From an uncultured Nitrososphaerota archaeon (GTDB taxonomy: Archaea; Thermoproteota; Nitrososphaeria; Nitrososphaerales; Nitrosopumilaceae), in assembly GCA_963824385.1 (NCBI GenBank), contig CAWGPD010000001.1, positions 128,001-192,000 on the forward strand: 64,000 bases of DNA, given 5' to 3'. The position numbers were made by a program, and so were the translations under genes. Below are positions 19,868-30,184 of this stretch, one piece after another; within the stretch, counting starts at the first letter, position 1; each line of letters begins with the position of its first letter. The notes under the pieces were generated by a model. That model worked only from the letters and a program-made list of their open reading frames with translations. It did no database searches and was not told the DNA's origin.

Positions 19868-20785
19868 TTATTTTATTTTTCCACTGCCAACTATACGAAT
19901 TGATGTAGACTCGGGTTTGAGTATAACACAAACGTCGCCTTTTTCATATGATGTGGGCTTTCCAAGGGAGAGTTTCATTGGATTTAGAGTTACAATCTTG
20001 ACTGGTCTTATTTGCAAACCTATACTTGCAAGAAACATCTGGTTTTCAGCCAATTTATCTTTAAAGAACTTGCTTTGCATGTAATCAATTTCAATCTCTT
20101 TGGATGTTAGAACAGTATCTGGAAGACATAGTGTATCACCTCTTTGAATGTCATCAGGTGTTACACCCTTTGCTGCAATACCTACTCTTGCAGGAGAGAC
20201 TGCGTCTGCCACAGTATCATCGTGCATTTGAATTGATTTTACCATTACATCTATACCTTTTGGAAAAAGTTTTAGTGTGTCATACTGTTTTATTTTTCCC
20301 TGTACAACCTTACCTAGAATTACTGTCCCTACACCCTTGACATCAAAACAATGATCAATTATGATTTTTGGTTTTCCATCTGTTAAGATAGGTGCTAGTT
20401 GATCAATTTCTTTTTTTAAATTTTCAGGTTCTACTATTTTATATTGTTCCACAACAGTACCTTTAATCATTGAGAGCAATGTGTTTCTGTCAACATCAAA
20501 GGTATGAGACAAGATACCAAGTTTTTTTCCTAAAACATCTAGTGCAATTATTTGCTCTCCTGTAAATTTATCTAATTTTGATACATGTAGTATGACATAC
20601 TCACCCATACTGATTGCCTGAAAGAGTGGTTGGATCTTGTCTGGAAACGAAGTTGGTATAGTCCACGTACGCAGCGTATCAGCCTCTTTTCTATCATAAA
20701 TCGTAATATCAGTTGAAGTTCCTTTCTTTCCAAAATCTTTGGCAAGTGATTCATCTCCAAGTAATGTAAAATTTATTGATTTCAT
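19868..20785 (-). CDS. archaeal SelB-like translation factor (aSelBL, degenerate G domain)
   Basis: GKKGTSTDITIY, IDHCFDVKGVGTVILG, VKSIQMHD, RVGIA; no canonical Walker A. Confidence 0.85.
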   Translation of the reverse strand: MKSINFTLLGDESLAKDFGKKGTSTDITIYDRKEADTLRTWTIPTSFPDKIQPLFQAISMGEYVILHVSKLDKFTGEQIIALDVLGKKLGILSHTFDVDRNTLLSMIKGTVVEQYKIVEPENLKKEIDQLAPILTDGKPKIIIDHCFDVKGVGTVILGKVVQGKIKQYDTLKLFPKGIDVMVKSIQMHDDTVADAVSPARVGIAAKGVTPDDIQRGDTLCLPDTVLTSKEIEIDYMQSKFFKDKLAENQMFLASIGLQIRPVKIVTLNPMKLSLGKPTSYEKGDVCVILKPESTSIRIVGSGKIK

Positions 20786-20900
20786 CGATTTGTGAAAACA
20801 AGCAAACCAGTAAAATATCTTGTGGAAATTAACTCAGGGATCAATTAGAAGAAAGAATGTGAAAAACAAATAATGCTCTTGAATTCGTTTTTATCAGTTA

Positions 20901-21390
20901 TTATGAATGGGTTGCCCATCCACGTGTAATCAGTATTGTGGCAGTAGAAGAATCCACACATGCCGCAGAACCATCCTCTGCTTTCATAATCAGAGAAGTA
21001 CCTGCTGTACATTGTACGTCCTTAGGGGCAACTCCTGCTTTTACCTGCTGCAATGGTGTTTGCATTTTCAGCTGTAGGTGTTACTGTTGGAGTCATCATA
21101 GGCATCGCTCCTGTTTGGTTCATACCATGATGATGCATCATTCCTGTGTAGTTGCCGCCCATACCGTGCATACCAGTATAGTTGCCATGCATACCAGTAT
21201 AGTTGCCATGCATTCCAGTGTAATTACCGTGCATACCAGTATAGTTGCCATGACCATACATCATTCCAGTTTGATTCATGCCTGCCATGCCACTCATATT
21301 TGCATTCTGAGCATATGACATACCAACTGGTAAAACTAGTGCACTTGCCAAAAACATAATTAAAATCGACATTGTTGTAATCTTCAACAC
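20901..21390 (-). CDS. secreted His/Met-rich repeat protein with thaumarchaeal PLxQ...C...C...RGW C-terminal domain; one extra base at ~21065-21070
   Basis: Signal peptide, (HGNYTGM)x4; the shifted frame reads MQTPLQQVKAGVAPKDVQCTAGTSLIMKAEDGSAACVDSSTATILITRGWATHS to TAA 20901-20903. Confidence 0.8.
21168..21251. repeat. 4 x 21-bp coding tandem repeat
   Basis: GCATACCAGTATAGTTGCCAT x3 plus one variant GCATTCCAGTGTAATTACCGT. Confidence 0.95.
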
Positions 21391-21466
21391 ACATACTTTT
21401 TCAGATGGCTATTTAAATTTAAAGAAGAAATTCTCAATGTTGCGACTGTGAATATTTTTACACCAT

Positions 21467-21781
21467 TTAGAGGCAGTCTACTTCATGCATGGTCACAAGA
21501 CCATTTCCATCCACTATTTTTTTTATTTCAGGAAGAATTGATTCTATTTTGGATTTATCGTCAACAATCTCCATTATCAGAGGCATGTTTACAGTGATTC
21601 CCTCAATGTGAAGATCGGATGTGCCATGTTTTCCATATCCGCCAATCCCAGTCCAAACAGTGGCACCTGTTATCTTAGATTTTTTTAAAAGATCAAGAAT
21701 TACAAGGTGTGCTCTTTTCCCGTCTACAGTATCATTCTTTTTTATCCGTATCATAAGACAGTACATTTTGACTCTGCTCAT
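21467..21781 (-). CDS. DUF190 (PII-like) protein
   Basis: GATVWTGIGGYG, MPLIMEIVD, GLVTMHEV; directly downstream of crcB as is usual. Confidence 0.9.
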   Translation of the reverse strand: MSRVKMYCLMIRIKKNDTVDGKRAHLVILDLLKKSKITGATVWTGIGGYGKHGTSDLHIEGITVNMPLIMEIVDDKSKIESILPEIKKIVDGNGLVTMHEVDCL

Positions 21782-22171
21782 CTAATGAAAGCCTCCTTGA
21801 AGAATTACTGTCATCAAAGATTTTCCACCAAATATAGCACCTATTGACAGTCCTACATTAGCAATTATATTTACTGCCATAAATCCCAATTGCTTGTTAT
21901 CAAAAAGATTAGTTGTTTCCAATGCAAAGGATGACATTGTTGTAAGAGAGCCGCAAAAGCCTATTGCTACTAGCATAGTATATTTTTGATCAAGGCTCCA
22001 TTGTTGAGACATGACTGCAAACAAGCCTAAAATGAAACTTCCAATAATATTTACAATCAATACATTTACTGATAGAGTTCCTAAAAGTAGTGGAGACGCT
22101 GTTATTTTATACCTAAGAAAAGTTCCTACTAGTCCACCCATTGCAATAAATATTATTACGATTGGCTTCAT
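21782..22171 (-). CDS. crcB: fluoride efflux channel CrcB/Fluc
   Basis: GGLVGTFLRY, VNIIGSFILG, GFCGSLTTMSSF. Confidence 0.93.
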   Translation of the reverse strand: MKPIVIIFIAMGGLVGTFLRYKITASPLLLGTLSVNVLIVNIIGSFILGLFAVMSQQWSLDQKYTMLVAIGFCGSLTTMSSFALETTNLFDNKQLGFMAVNIIANVGLSIGAIFGGKSLMTVILQGGFH

Positions 22172-22187
22172 TTTTAATCAACTCATA

Positions 22188-23066
22188 TCATTTGCTCAAT
22201 ATAACTGCAAGAATCAGATCTACTTTGTAATTCAATTCAAGTCGTGAATTTACGATTAGTTTCCAAGGTATAAAACTGGGTTTATTCGTATTCTGTAAAA
22301 GCCTGAATCCCATTTTATTTAGTTGTAGCCTTAATGATTTTGCGTCAAGTTTGACTTTGACAGAGTTCTTACCTCTTTCATAGTCATAAGGATCTGAGAG
22401 TATTACAAATCTTCCAGTTTGGCGATGTATTATTTTTAAAAATTGCAAAGGCTCAATTAATTCCAATACATTTAGTGCCACACTTAGATCAAACTTTTTA
22501 TCTCCAAATGGATGAGATAAAGAATCTGCTAGAAAAAAATCAGAGTTTTTTATTTTACGTTTCTTTGCCTCAAGCAATGCAAAAAATGATTTATCTATTC
22601 CAAAAACTCGACTGTGATATTTTGCAAGAATCTCAGATATTGTGCCAATAGAGCATCCGTGTTCTACAACAGAGGCACATTTTGGAAGTGTCCTAATGAT
22701 ATTTTTCACTTTAGTTTCAAATGAAGTATGTTTGCTTTTTTCATATATGCCAACCCAGTTCTTTTCTAAATCGCTAGTATCTTCTCCAACGCGTTTTATC
22801 TCTTGCAGAGATTTTTTTGTCATAGATTTTATTTTTGGATTTTTTGCATGCAATAATAGATATCCTCCCAATTTTGTCCTAATTGAAAAATAGGAAGACA
22901 AGTCTTTTAGCAAAAATGGAATTGATGAAATTATAGGATATTTACTATCACAATATACACATGAAAGAATTCCCTCAACAACCTCACTTGTCTTTTCAAA
23001 GACTTCAAGTTCCAGATTGTGTCCACATTTGACACATCTCAGATGCAATAGGCTGGATTCGTGCAA
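22188..23066 (-). CDS. Trm112-like Zn domain fused to class I SAM-dependent methyltransferase
   Basis: LRCVKC...LSCVYC..YPIISSIP followed by VVEHGCSIG and GIDKS. Confidence 0.8.
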   Translation of the reverse strand: MHESSLLHLRCVKCGHNLELEVFEKTSEVVEGILSCVYCDSKYPIISSIPFLLKDLSSYFSIRTKLGGYLLLHAKNPKIKSMTKKSLQEIKRVGEDTSDLEKNWVGIYEKSKHTSFETKVKNIIRTLPKCASVVEHGCSIGTISEILAKYHSRVFGIDKSFFALLEAKKRKIKNSDFFLADSLSHPFGDKKFDLSVALNVLELIEPLQFLKIIHRQTGRFVILSDPYDYERGKNSVKVKLDAKSLRLQLNKMGFRLLQNTNKPSFIPWKLIVNSRLELNYKVDLILAVILSK

Positions 23067-23147
23067 CAGAATCCAACTATCATCAAGAGATTAATGTCAA
23101 AGTTGTAATTTGTTAGACTAAAATATCAACAAACAATTGAGATATGC

Positions 23148-23525
23148 ATGATTACAGTAGATTGCAAGAGCGTCTTGTCTTTAAAGTCACCACTGGCCAT
23201 CTACACATCTGACCAAGTAGGGGCAGTACCCGCATTAAAGATAAATGAGTTTATGCTCGCTCCCCTAAATGAAGAAGAGATAGATTCGTCCAGAGTCATA
23301 AAAGCAATCAAGAGTTTTCTTGAATCACTGTCTATTGAAAAACACTTTGCAGTCATACAGAAAAAAGATACGATTTCCATAATACCGCTAGATGATTACA
23401 AATTAGAGCCACAGCCAACACAGCCAACACAGCCAACAGACCAGTTTTTCACGTGTGTACATTGTGGTCATCTCACCCAATTTGAAACAGTTCACAGAAA
23501 TCACATGAAGATACATTATCTGTAG
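23148..23525 (+). CDS. protein with C-terminal C2H2 zinc finger
   Basis: FTCVHCGHLTQFETVHRNHMKIHY; QPT x3 linker from a 9-bp repeat at 23411-23437. Confidence 0.8.
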   Translation: MITVDCKSVLSLKSPLAIYTSDQVGAVPALKINEFMLAPLNEEEIDSSRVIKAIKSFLESLSIEKHFAVIQKKDTISIIPLDDYKLEPQPTQPTQPTDQFFTCVHCGHLTQFETVHRNHMKIHYL

Positions 23526-23549
23526 ACCGGTAAAAAATTTGGAATTTGT

Positions 23550-23834
23550 TTATTGAGATACGACTTCGTAAAAGGTTGGCTTGGGAAGACCATCCATGAA
23601 AGAATGTCCCTTTGATTGTATTCTAAAGTGTTCCTGAGTTTTATGCATAGTTTCAAACTTTTCCTTTGTCTCAAATTCTACCAAGATGATATGCTTGCCA
23701 TTATGTGTCTCAAGTAGCCTTCTTCTTACAAAGCCATCAAACTTTGATAGTTCAGCATTGGACTCTTTGATCCAATTCTTAAATTCATTCTCAGAGCCTT
23801 TCTTTATCTGAATTTCTGCTGTAACTACAAACAT
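23550..23834 (-). CDS. antibiotic biosynthesis monooxygenase (ABM) domain protein
   Basis: MFVVTAEIQIKKG.E.EF, FDGFVRRRLL, short dimeric alpha/beta-barrel pattern. Confidence 0.8.
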   Translation of the reverse strand: MFVVTAEIQIKKGSENEFKNWIKESNAELSKFDGFVRRRLLETHNGKHIILVEFETKEKFETMHKTQEHFRIQSKGHSFMDGLPKPTFYEVVSQ

Positions 23835-23972
23835 GATATCAGTCAGTATCGATTTACCATAAGAGTATTTCTAAGATTCTCACATCCGGTAAATGGTATT
23901 TACAAATACCTGATGCTAACACAATACTTTACCTCAATAGTGCTAAATAACGGATGAATTCGATCAAAATGT

Positions 23973-24230
23973 ATGAATGATAAGCTTGTGGCATATGGCG
24001 CAATTGCTGCAGCCATAATTGTCATGTCAACTATAGTGTTCCCATTTTGGAATTTAATTCCAACCATGGTTACAGAAAAAATGAAGGTAGTCTATGTAGA
24101 GGATGGTAAATGTACCGCACAGACAGTTGACGGATACATAATTCGAAACATACCTTGCACTGCAAAGATTGGCGACAACATCACTGCATCATATGATGTC
24201 AAGGTAAAAGACAGAGAACGCAAAATATAA
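23973..24230 (+). CDS. membrane-anchored hypothetical protein
   Basis: N-terminal TM helix, two Cys in a small beta domain. Confidence 0.75.
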   Translation: MNDKLVAYGAIAAAIIVMSTIVFPFWNLIPTMVTEKMKVVYVEDGKCTAQTVDGYIIRNIPCTAKIGDNITASYDVKVKDRERKI

Positions 24231-24587
24231 TCAAAGAAGTTTTAGATCTTTTGTAACTTTATCTATCATCTCTTCTGGTGCAGGGCCTATAGAGATACAA
24301 GTGACTGTTCCAGGCTCTATCTGGGTGTGTCCGGCATCTGTCACTTCAGACCATGGTAGATCATGAGATATTGCATCTCGCTTTACTTTATCAAGTTCTG
24401 ACAAGCTTGATACCTTGAGTACTACCTTTTGCTGGCCGTATCTCTCCCATTGATCATACCATTCTCTTTTTGATTTGCGTACATGTTCTGCACCTAGGAC
24501 ACATGCATGCCCTACCTGTGCTGCAATCTTTCCAGCACCCATGCCAAGATCTTTTCTCACAACTATAACCTGTTTGATTATACCCAT
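24231..24587 (-). CDS. pth2: peptidyl-tRNA hydrolase Pth2
   Basis: KQVIVVRKDL.MG.GK.AAQVGHA, DAGHTQIEPG..T..IGP. Confidence 0.96.
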   Translation of the reverse strand: MGIIKQVIVVRKDLGMGAGKIAAQVGHACVLGAEHVRKSKREWYDQWERYGQQKVVLKVSSLSELDKVKRDAISHDLPWSEVTDAGHTQIEPGTVTCISIGPAPEEMIDKVTKDLKLL

Positions 24588-24712
24588 ACCAGATTGAAAT
24601 AATATTAGGACATGTTAAACTTTTGAATTATTTTCTAGTAAGAAAAAACAACAAGAGATTGACTAATCCTTAATGTCATATCCATAAATAACGGGTTTAT
24701 GATATAGTATAC

Positions 24713-24856
24713 ATGCCAGGTATGAAATGCGTATCATGCGGAATTGGATTCTTTTCTGCTACTGGATCAGACAAATGTTCCAAGTGTTCAGACAAGGGAG
24801 GCCATCATGAAGCCGCAGAAAGTCATGACTCTTGTGGTTGCGGTCATAGCCACTAA
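24713..24856 (+). CDS. 47-aa Cys/His-rich metal-binding microprotein, not in ORF track
   Basis: MPGMKCVSCGIGFFSATGSDKCSKCSDKGGHHEAAESHDSCGCGHSH; followed by a T-run. Confidence 0.75.
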   Translation: MPGMKCVSCGIGFFSATGSDKCSKCSDKGGHHEAAESHDSCGCGHSH

Positions 24857-24940
24857 AACCCATTTTTTCATACAAACATACAATAAAAAATTTTCAAAAT
24901 ACACATTGAATTAATAGTGAATACATTGATAAAAAATATC

Positions 24941-26077
24941 ATGGATTATGATGTAGTAATAGCAGGCGGAAGTGTTGCAGGACTATTATGTGCTCGAGAG
25001 ATTGCAGCAAAAAACCACAAGGTTCTGGTAATAGAAGAAGACCATGAGATTGGAACTCCAGAGCATTGTGGAGGAGTAGTAAGCATTCCAGCAATGGACG
25101 ACTTGGGAATAATTCCAATGAGGGCTACACTTGACAACAAGATACGTTCTGCCAAAATTGTGGCACCGTCTGGAAAAAGTTTTACACTTGATGCAAGACC
25201 ACAACAGGTCATAGTCTTGGACAGACGCGAGTTTGACAAGCAGCTTGCCCATCAGGCCCAAGTCAACGGAGCAGAGATTAGAGTAAAATCATCACTAAGG
25301 GAGATAACAAAAGACGGTGTAAGAACTTCAGACGGAGAAATAAAGTGCAAGATAATAGTAGATGCAAGAGGAGTATCATCTTTGATTCACAAGGACAGGA
25401 CTGGTACACTCCAGTCAGCACAGTACGAAGTCTTTGCAGACTGGATAGACAAGGAAAGAATCGAAGTTTATCTAGATAAAGAAAAATATCCAGGATTTTT
25501 TGCGTGGGTCATACCAACAAGAAGAGATGAAGCTAAAATCGGAGTTGCAGGAAGAGGAATAAATCCAGCACTTGCCATAGAAGAATTTCTCAATAAAAAA
25601 GGAAAATATTCAACAATTAGAAAAATATTTGCCCCAATTTGGATTAAAGGTCCAATTAAGGAATTTGTCACAGGAAATGTAATCACAATAGGCGATGCCG
25701 CAGGACAGGCAAAGCCCACAACAGCAGGAGGAATTTACTCGTCTGGAATTGGCGGCATATTTGCAGGAAGATCAATTTCCAAATTCTTAGAATCTGGAAA
25801 AGAATCTAGTTTATCAGAATACCAAAAAAAATGGACTGGAAAATTTGGTAAAGAGTTTGAGCATATGCTTCTTGCACGTTCTTTACTTGAGAGACTGGAC
25901 AACAAATCAATTGATTCAATATTTGATTCAATTACGCCAAACATACTAGAAGAGATCTCAAAGGAGGGAAGCTTTGATTTTCATACAGCATCAGTTGCAA
26001 AAATATTAGGAGTACGTGGATCAGTCAAAGCAGTCCAGACAATTCTTGGAAATGAATTGCGAAGATTGTTGAACTAA
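24941..26077 (+). CDS. geranylgeranyl reductase family FAD oxidoreductase
   Basis: DVVIAGGSVAG, PEHCGG, PGFFAWVIP, GDAAGQAKPTTAGGI. Confidence 0.88.
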   Translation: MDYDVVIAGGSVAGLLCAREIAAKNHKVLVIEEDHEIGTPEHCGGVVSIPAMDDLGIIPMRATLDNKIRSAKIVAPSGKSFTLDARPQQVIVLDRREFDKQLAHQAQVNGAEIRVKSSLREITKDGVRTSDGEIKCKIIVDARGVSSLIHKDRTGTLQSAQYEVFADWIDKERIEVYLDKEKYPGFFAWVIPTRRDEAKIGVAGRGINPALAIEEFLNKKGKYSTIRKIFAPIWIKGPIKEFVTGNVITIGDAAGQAKPTTAGGIYSSGIGGIFAGRSISKFLESGKESSLSEYQKKWTGKFGKEFEHMLLARSLLERLDNKSIDSIFDSITPNILEEISKEGSFDFHTASVAKILGVRGSVKAVQTILGNELRRLLN

Positions 26078-26127
26078 ATTATAAATGATAAGCAAGGTAT
26101 AAATTCGGTCAAACTGGCGTTTTTAAC

Positions 26128-26307
26128 ATGTCATCAACAATAGGATTACCTGTGTGCACTTCATGCCACAGACCAATAATGCCTAGAGACATGTGTGTAA
26201 AATTTAACTGTCCTGACTGTGGCTCATTACTACTTTGGAGATGCGAGAGTTGCAGAGAAGCAGTTAGAGTATACAAGTGCAGTTCATGCACCTTTGAAGG
26301 ACCTTAA
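26128..26307 (+). CDS. DUF1610 (HVO_2753-like) zinc-finger protein, not in ORF track
   Basis: MSSTIGLPVCTSCHRPIMPRDMCVKFNCPDCGSLLLWRCESCREAVRVYKCSSCTFEGP; usual position upstream of aEF-1beta. Confidence 0.9.
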   Translation: MSSTIGLPVCTSCHRPIMPRDMCVKFNCPDCGSLLLWRCESCREAVRVYKCSSCTFEGP

Positions 26308-26311
26308 AGAA

Positions 26312-26593
26312 ATGGCACGACTCTCACTTCGAGCAAAAATTCTTCCAACTGGAACTGAAGTAGATCTAGATGAGGTTGCAAAAAAGATCCAAGGTACATT
26401 AAAGGAAGGAATAACATTTTCAAAATATACAAAAGAGCCACTAGCATTTGGGCTCTATTTTCTTAATGTAGAATTTGCTCTAGACGATAAGGAAGGACAG
26501 ATGGATTCACTTGAGAATGCAATTCGTTCAATCGATGGCGTTGGTGATTTTCAAGTATTAGGTTTAAGTCGAACGTCTGTTGATATGAAGTAG
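26312..26593 (+). CDS. ef1b: translation elongation factor aEF-1beta
   Basis: KILPTGTEVDLD, EPLAFGLYFL; true start MARLSL at 26312. Confidence 0.92.
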   Translation: MARLSLRAKILPTGTEVDLDEVAKKIQGTLKEGITFSKYTKEPLAFGLYFLNVEFALDDKEGQMDSLENAIRSIDGVGDFQVLGLSRTSVDMK

Positions 26594-26601
26594 GTGGCCT
26601 T

Positions 26602-28771
26602 TTGGTAAAAAAAGACGAACTGCTTCAAATGCGGGTCGGGGAAGCAAAACAAAGAGATGTTGGAAAGAGACGAGCCAGAATAGAACCAGAGGCAATGCAG
26701 TTCTTAAAAGTAGAAGCAGGAGACATGATAGAGATCACAGGCAAGAGATCAAGCTGTGCCATAGTTTGGCCTGCCGATGATGACAACAAGTCACCAGATG
26801 TAATACGAATTGATGGTCAGACAAGAAAGAATGCAGGTGTTGGAATTAACGATCTGGTAAATGTAAAAAAAATAGTTGCAAAACCCGCAAAAAGTGTAAC
26901 ACTGATGCCAGTTAATGGAAACGTTACTGTAGACAAGGAATTTACAGATTTTGTAAAAAATAGACTCAGAGGATTACCTCTTTCAGAGGGAGATGAGATA
27001 TCAGTCATGATTCTTGGAAATTCAATGGATTTTAAAATTCACAAGATTTCGCCAAAAGCCGTTGTAAAGATTGAGCGTAGTACTGCAGTTACCATACTGA
27101 CTGAGACAACCACTGATAAAAAGATCAGAGTTACATTTGAAGAGATAGGCGGTCTCAAGTTACAGACAAAGAGAATGAGAGAGATTGTAGAACTTCCATT
27201 AAAGCATCCTGAAATATTTACAAGACTTAACATCGAGCCTCACAGTGGCATACTGCTATACGGTCCACCCGGATGTGGCAAGACACTGATTGCCAAAGTA
27301 TTAGCAAGCGAATCAGAGGCCAACTTTTATTCAATTAACGGTCCAGAGATTATGAACAAGTATTACGGAGAGACCGAAGCAAGACTAAGAGACATCTTCA
27401 AAGAAGCAAAAGAGAACTCGCCTAGTGTAATATTTATCGATGAGATTGATGCAATTGCTCCAAAAAGAGAGGAGGCATATGGAGATGTGGAAAAAAGAGT
27501 AGTTGCCCAACTCTTGGCATTGATGGATGGTCTTAACGAAAGAGGAAACGTCATTGTATTGGGAGCAACAAACAGACCAGAGAGTGTAGACCCTGCATTA
27601 AGAAGACCGGGTAGATTTGACAGAGAAATTGAGATCTCAGTTCCCAATGCAGATGGAAGATTAGAGATATTACAAATTCATACGCGTGGTATGCCTTTAC
27701 ACAATGTTGATCTCAAAACACTTGCTGCAGAATTGCACGGATATACAGGAGCTGACATCAAATCACTTTGTAGAGAAGCTGCAATGAAAGCTGTTAGAAC
27801 ATACTTGCCTGAAATAGAGAACGAGACTGAAAAAGTATCTCCAGAAATTTTACTAAAGCTAAAGATCACACTACAAGACTTCTATGATGCAATGCATGAA
27901 ATTGTTCCAACTGCAATGCGTGAATTTTATGTTGAAAGTCCAAAAGTATGGTGGAGAGAAGTTGGAGGACTGGATGAAGCAAAAAGAATCTTGGAAGATA
28001 ATTTGATAACTGCAATCAAGGAACCTGCAAAGTTTCAAAAGATGGGAATCAGACCACCAAAGGGTGCATTACTATACGGCCCTTCAGGATGTGGAAAGAC
28101 ATTGCTTGCAAGAGCTCTTGCAACAGAGAGCGGTGCAAACATGATACTTGTAAGGGGACCAGAAATACTATCAAAATGGGTCGGGGAATCAGAAAAGGCA
28201 ATTAGAGAAATATTCAGAAAGGCCAAGACTTCGTCACCATGTATCATAATATTTGATGAGCTTGACTCGCTTGCGCGCTCCAAATCAAGTGAAGAAGGAG
28301 GAATAGGAGAGAGACTGCTCAGCCAACTCTTAACAGAGATGGAAGACGGTGGTGCTTCACGAGTTGTTGTATTAGGAATATCAAATAGACCAGATCTTAT
28401 CGAATCCATCTTTGATAAGACCAGGAAGACTAGACCTAGTAATTTTTGTTCCACCGCCAGACGAGAAGGGAAGATTTGAGATAATCAGATTGCTTACAAA
28501 ACAGATGCCACTTTCTGGAGAGATTGACTTGAAAGAGATTGCAGTTGCGACAAAGGGGTATAGCGGTGCAGACTTGGTTGCAGTGTGCAGAGAAGCTGCA
28601 GTAAACGCAATGCGGAATAACACACCCAAAATTACAAGTGTTGATTTTTCCACTGCTCTAAAAAGTGTCAAGGCATCAATTACAAAAGTAGTAGAAGAGT
28701 GGTATTCAACAGTTAAGGATAATATATCATACGCATTACCAAAACCAATGGATAAGGCATTTTACGGTTAG
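26602..28771 (+). CDS. cdc48: CDC48/VCP AAA+ ATPase; one extra base at ~28403
   Basis: Two AAA modules ([16 protein letters not shown]); GAATC to GATC restores [17 protein letters not shown]. Confidence 0.95.
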
Positions 28772-28773
28772 AC

Positions 28774-29100
28774 ATGGCAGTACCACTGAGAAATACAATA
28801 TATGAAAAAATAAAGATAGTAGGATCTCTTACTGATTCTGATTTATCAAAAGCTCTAATCAAGACAGGAATATCAATACCAGAAGACGAGTTTAACAAGA
28901 TACTACTCAATTTAGAAATTTATGGCATGATCAAAGTAACATGGCTTACCAAGGACGAGCGTAGAATAGAGATATCTGAAAAAATAGAAGACGAGGACGA
29001 GATAGAAAGACAGAACATGGAGAATCTGGAAAAAGAGTACGAATCAGGTTTTCCAGGTGTTGGTCAACAAGAAGAGATTTCAGAAGAAAACACTGGATAA
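28774..29100 (+). CDS. conserved small winged-helix-like protein with acidic tail
   Basis: FNKILLNLEIYGMIKVTW; directly downstream of cdc48. Confidence 0.75.
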   Translation: MAVPLRNTIYEKIKIVGSLTDSDLSKALIKTGISIPEDEFNKILLNLEIYGMIKVTWLTKDERRIEISEKIEDEDEIERQNMENLEKEYESGFPGVGQQEEISEENTG

Positions 29101-29203
29101 AATATTTTTTTCCCCAATCGATTCAAAAAATAATCGATCAATTTTTCAATAACAATGTTAATCAACATATTATAATCCCCCAAGGAAAACTTGTGTTGTA
29201 GAT

Positions 29204-29713
29204 ATGAGTCAGACCATACTAAGCGACAAGAAAATTTTGATACTATCAATTGTAGCTGCAGCTACAACTGTCATTGGAGGAATATTACACTTGCAAATGG
29301 TTCCAAGAACATTATCTGAGAGTTTAGCCCAGGGAATATTCTTCATAATTGGAGGACTGTTACAAATTTTCTGGGCAGTTCCAGTCATAAAACGATGGGG
29401 CAGAATATGGCAAATTATTGGAATTGTAGGGACTATAGTATTGATTGCGTTATGGTATGCAAGTAGAGCACATTTAATCCCAGAAGGCGGAATACGTGAA
29501 GGAGGTCCACAGAATCATCAATCAGGACAATTTCCAAGAGGGAATATGACAGGAGGGGAGTTGCCAAGAGAAGGTGGCCCGCCAAGAGGCATAGGGGCGC
29601 AGATTGGAAGAATGTTACCATCAGTCGAGATTGCTCAGTTTGCATTCATCGGATTGTACATAACTCTAAGCATAATGATTTCAAAAAAGACAAAGGAATC
29701 AAAACAGGTTTAA
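29204..29713 (+). CDS. membrane protein with Gly/Pro-rich loop
   Basis: Four hydrophobic segments, GILHL motif. Confidence 0.75.
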   Translation: MSQTILSDKKILILSIVAAATTVIGGILHLQMVPRTLSESLAQGIFFIIGGLLQIFWAVPVIKRWGRIWQIIGIVGTIVLIALWYASRAHLIPEGGIREGGPQNHQSGQFPRGNMTGGELPREGGPPRGIGAQIGRMLPSVEIAQFAFIGLYITLSIMISKKTKESKQV

Positions 29714-29735
29714 TTTTTTCATTACCTAAAATAAT

Positions 29736-30077
29736 TTATTTACCAAGATCTTTCATATTGGCCTCAAGAATTACCAGTCTTCTTTGTGCAACGTCCATGA
29801 CACGTTTTAAAACATCAATCTCATTGCTGTTTTGCTTTCCCATCTCGTTTACACTGTCAAACAAAACTTGGGCCTCGTTTGTCAATCCACTATCTAGCTT
29901 ATCCAGCCTAGTCACAAGACGTATGTGATCCTCTTCTAATTTTTTTATCCTATTATTAGTTTCATCTATTTTTTTATTCACCGCGTCAATTTCATCATGA
30001 ATTGATGCTAATTCTTCTTCGGCTTTGTTTGATGAGGATGAGCGAAATCTGTCCATCCCTGGCATTTTTGGACCCAC
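29736..30077 (-). CDS. coiled-coil hypothetical protein
   Basis: Heptad pattern over most of 113 aa. Confidence 0.7.
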   Translation of the reverse strand: MGPKMPGMDRFRSSSSNKAEEELASIHDEIDAVNKKIDETNNRIKKLEEDHIRLVTRLDKLDSGLTNEAQVLFDSVNEMGKQNSNEIDVLKRVMDVAQRRLVILEANMKDLGK

Positions 30078-30184
30078 GATTGAAGGTATCCTCAGTTCCT
30101 AGTTAAGGATATAGTAGCAACAGAATAGGGCATGTACAAAGATCAGATGGGAAATATCTACCTGAATAGCCATGTAATGAATTT

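Noticed and set aside
5607..20785. UGA recoding (Sec/Cys/Trp) suggested by two in-frame TGAs plus a SelB-like gene
   Set aside because: TGA is the ordinary terminator of many genes here (e.g. 10578, 12780, 32743, 53339), the TGA positions are not catalytic Cys or Trp sites, and both are explained by compensating indels in an error-prone assembly.
21168..21251. CRISPR-like repeat
   Set aside because: Contiguous 21-bp units with no spacers, in frame within a CDS; no cas genes in the window.
20938..21318. Plus-strand His-rich ORF (HTSIVAM repeats) and other antisense ORFs in the track
   Set aside because: Shadow frames of well-supported genes on the opposite strand.
23888..23920. Fluoride riboswitch-like string (GGTAAATGGTATTTAC...CTGATG) near crcB
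   Set aside because: Wrong strand, 1.7 kb from crcB, and the pseudoknot elements are in the wrong order; at most a 7-bp inverted repeat GGTATTT-ac-AAATACC.
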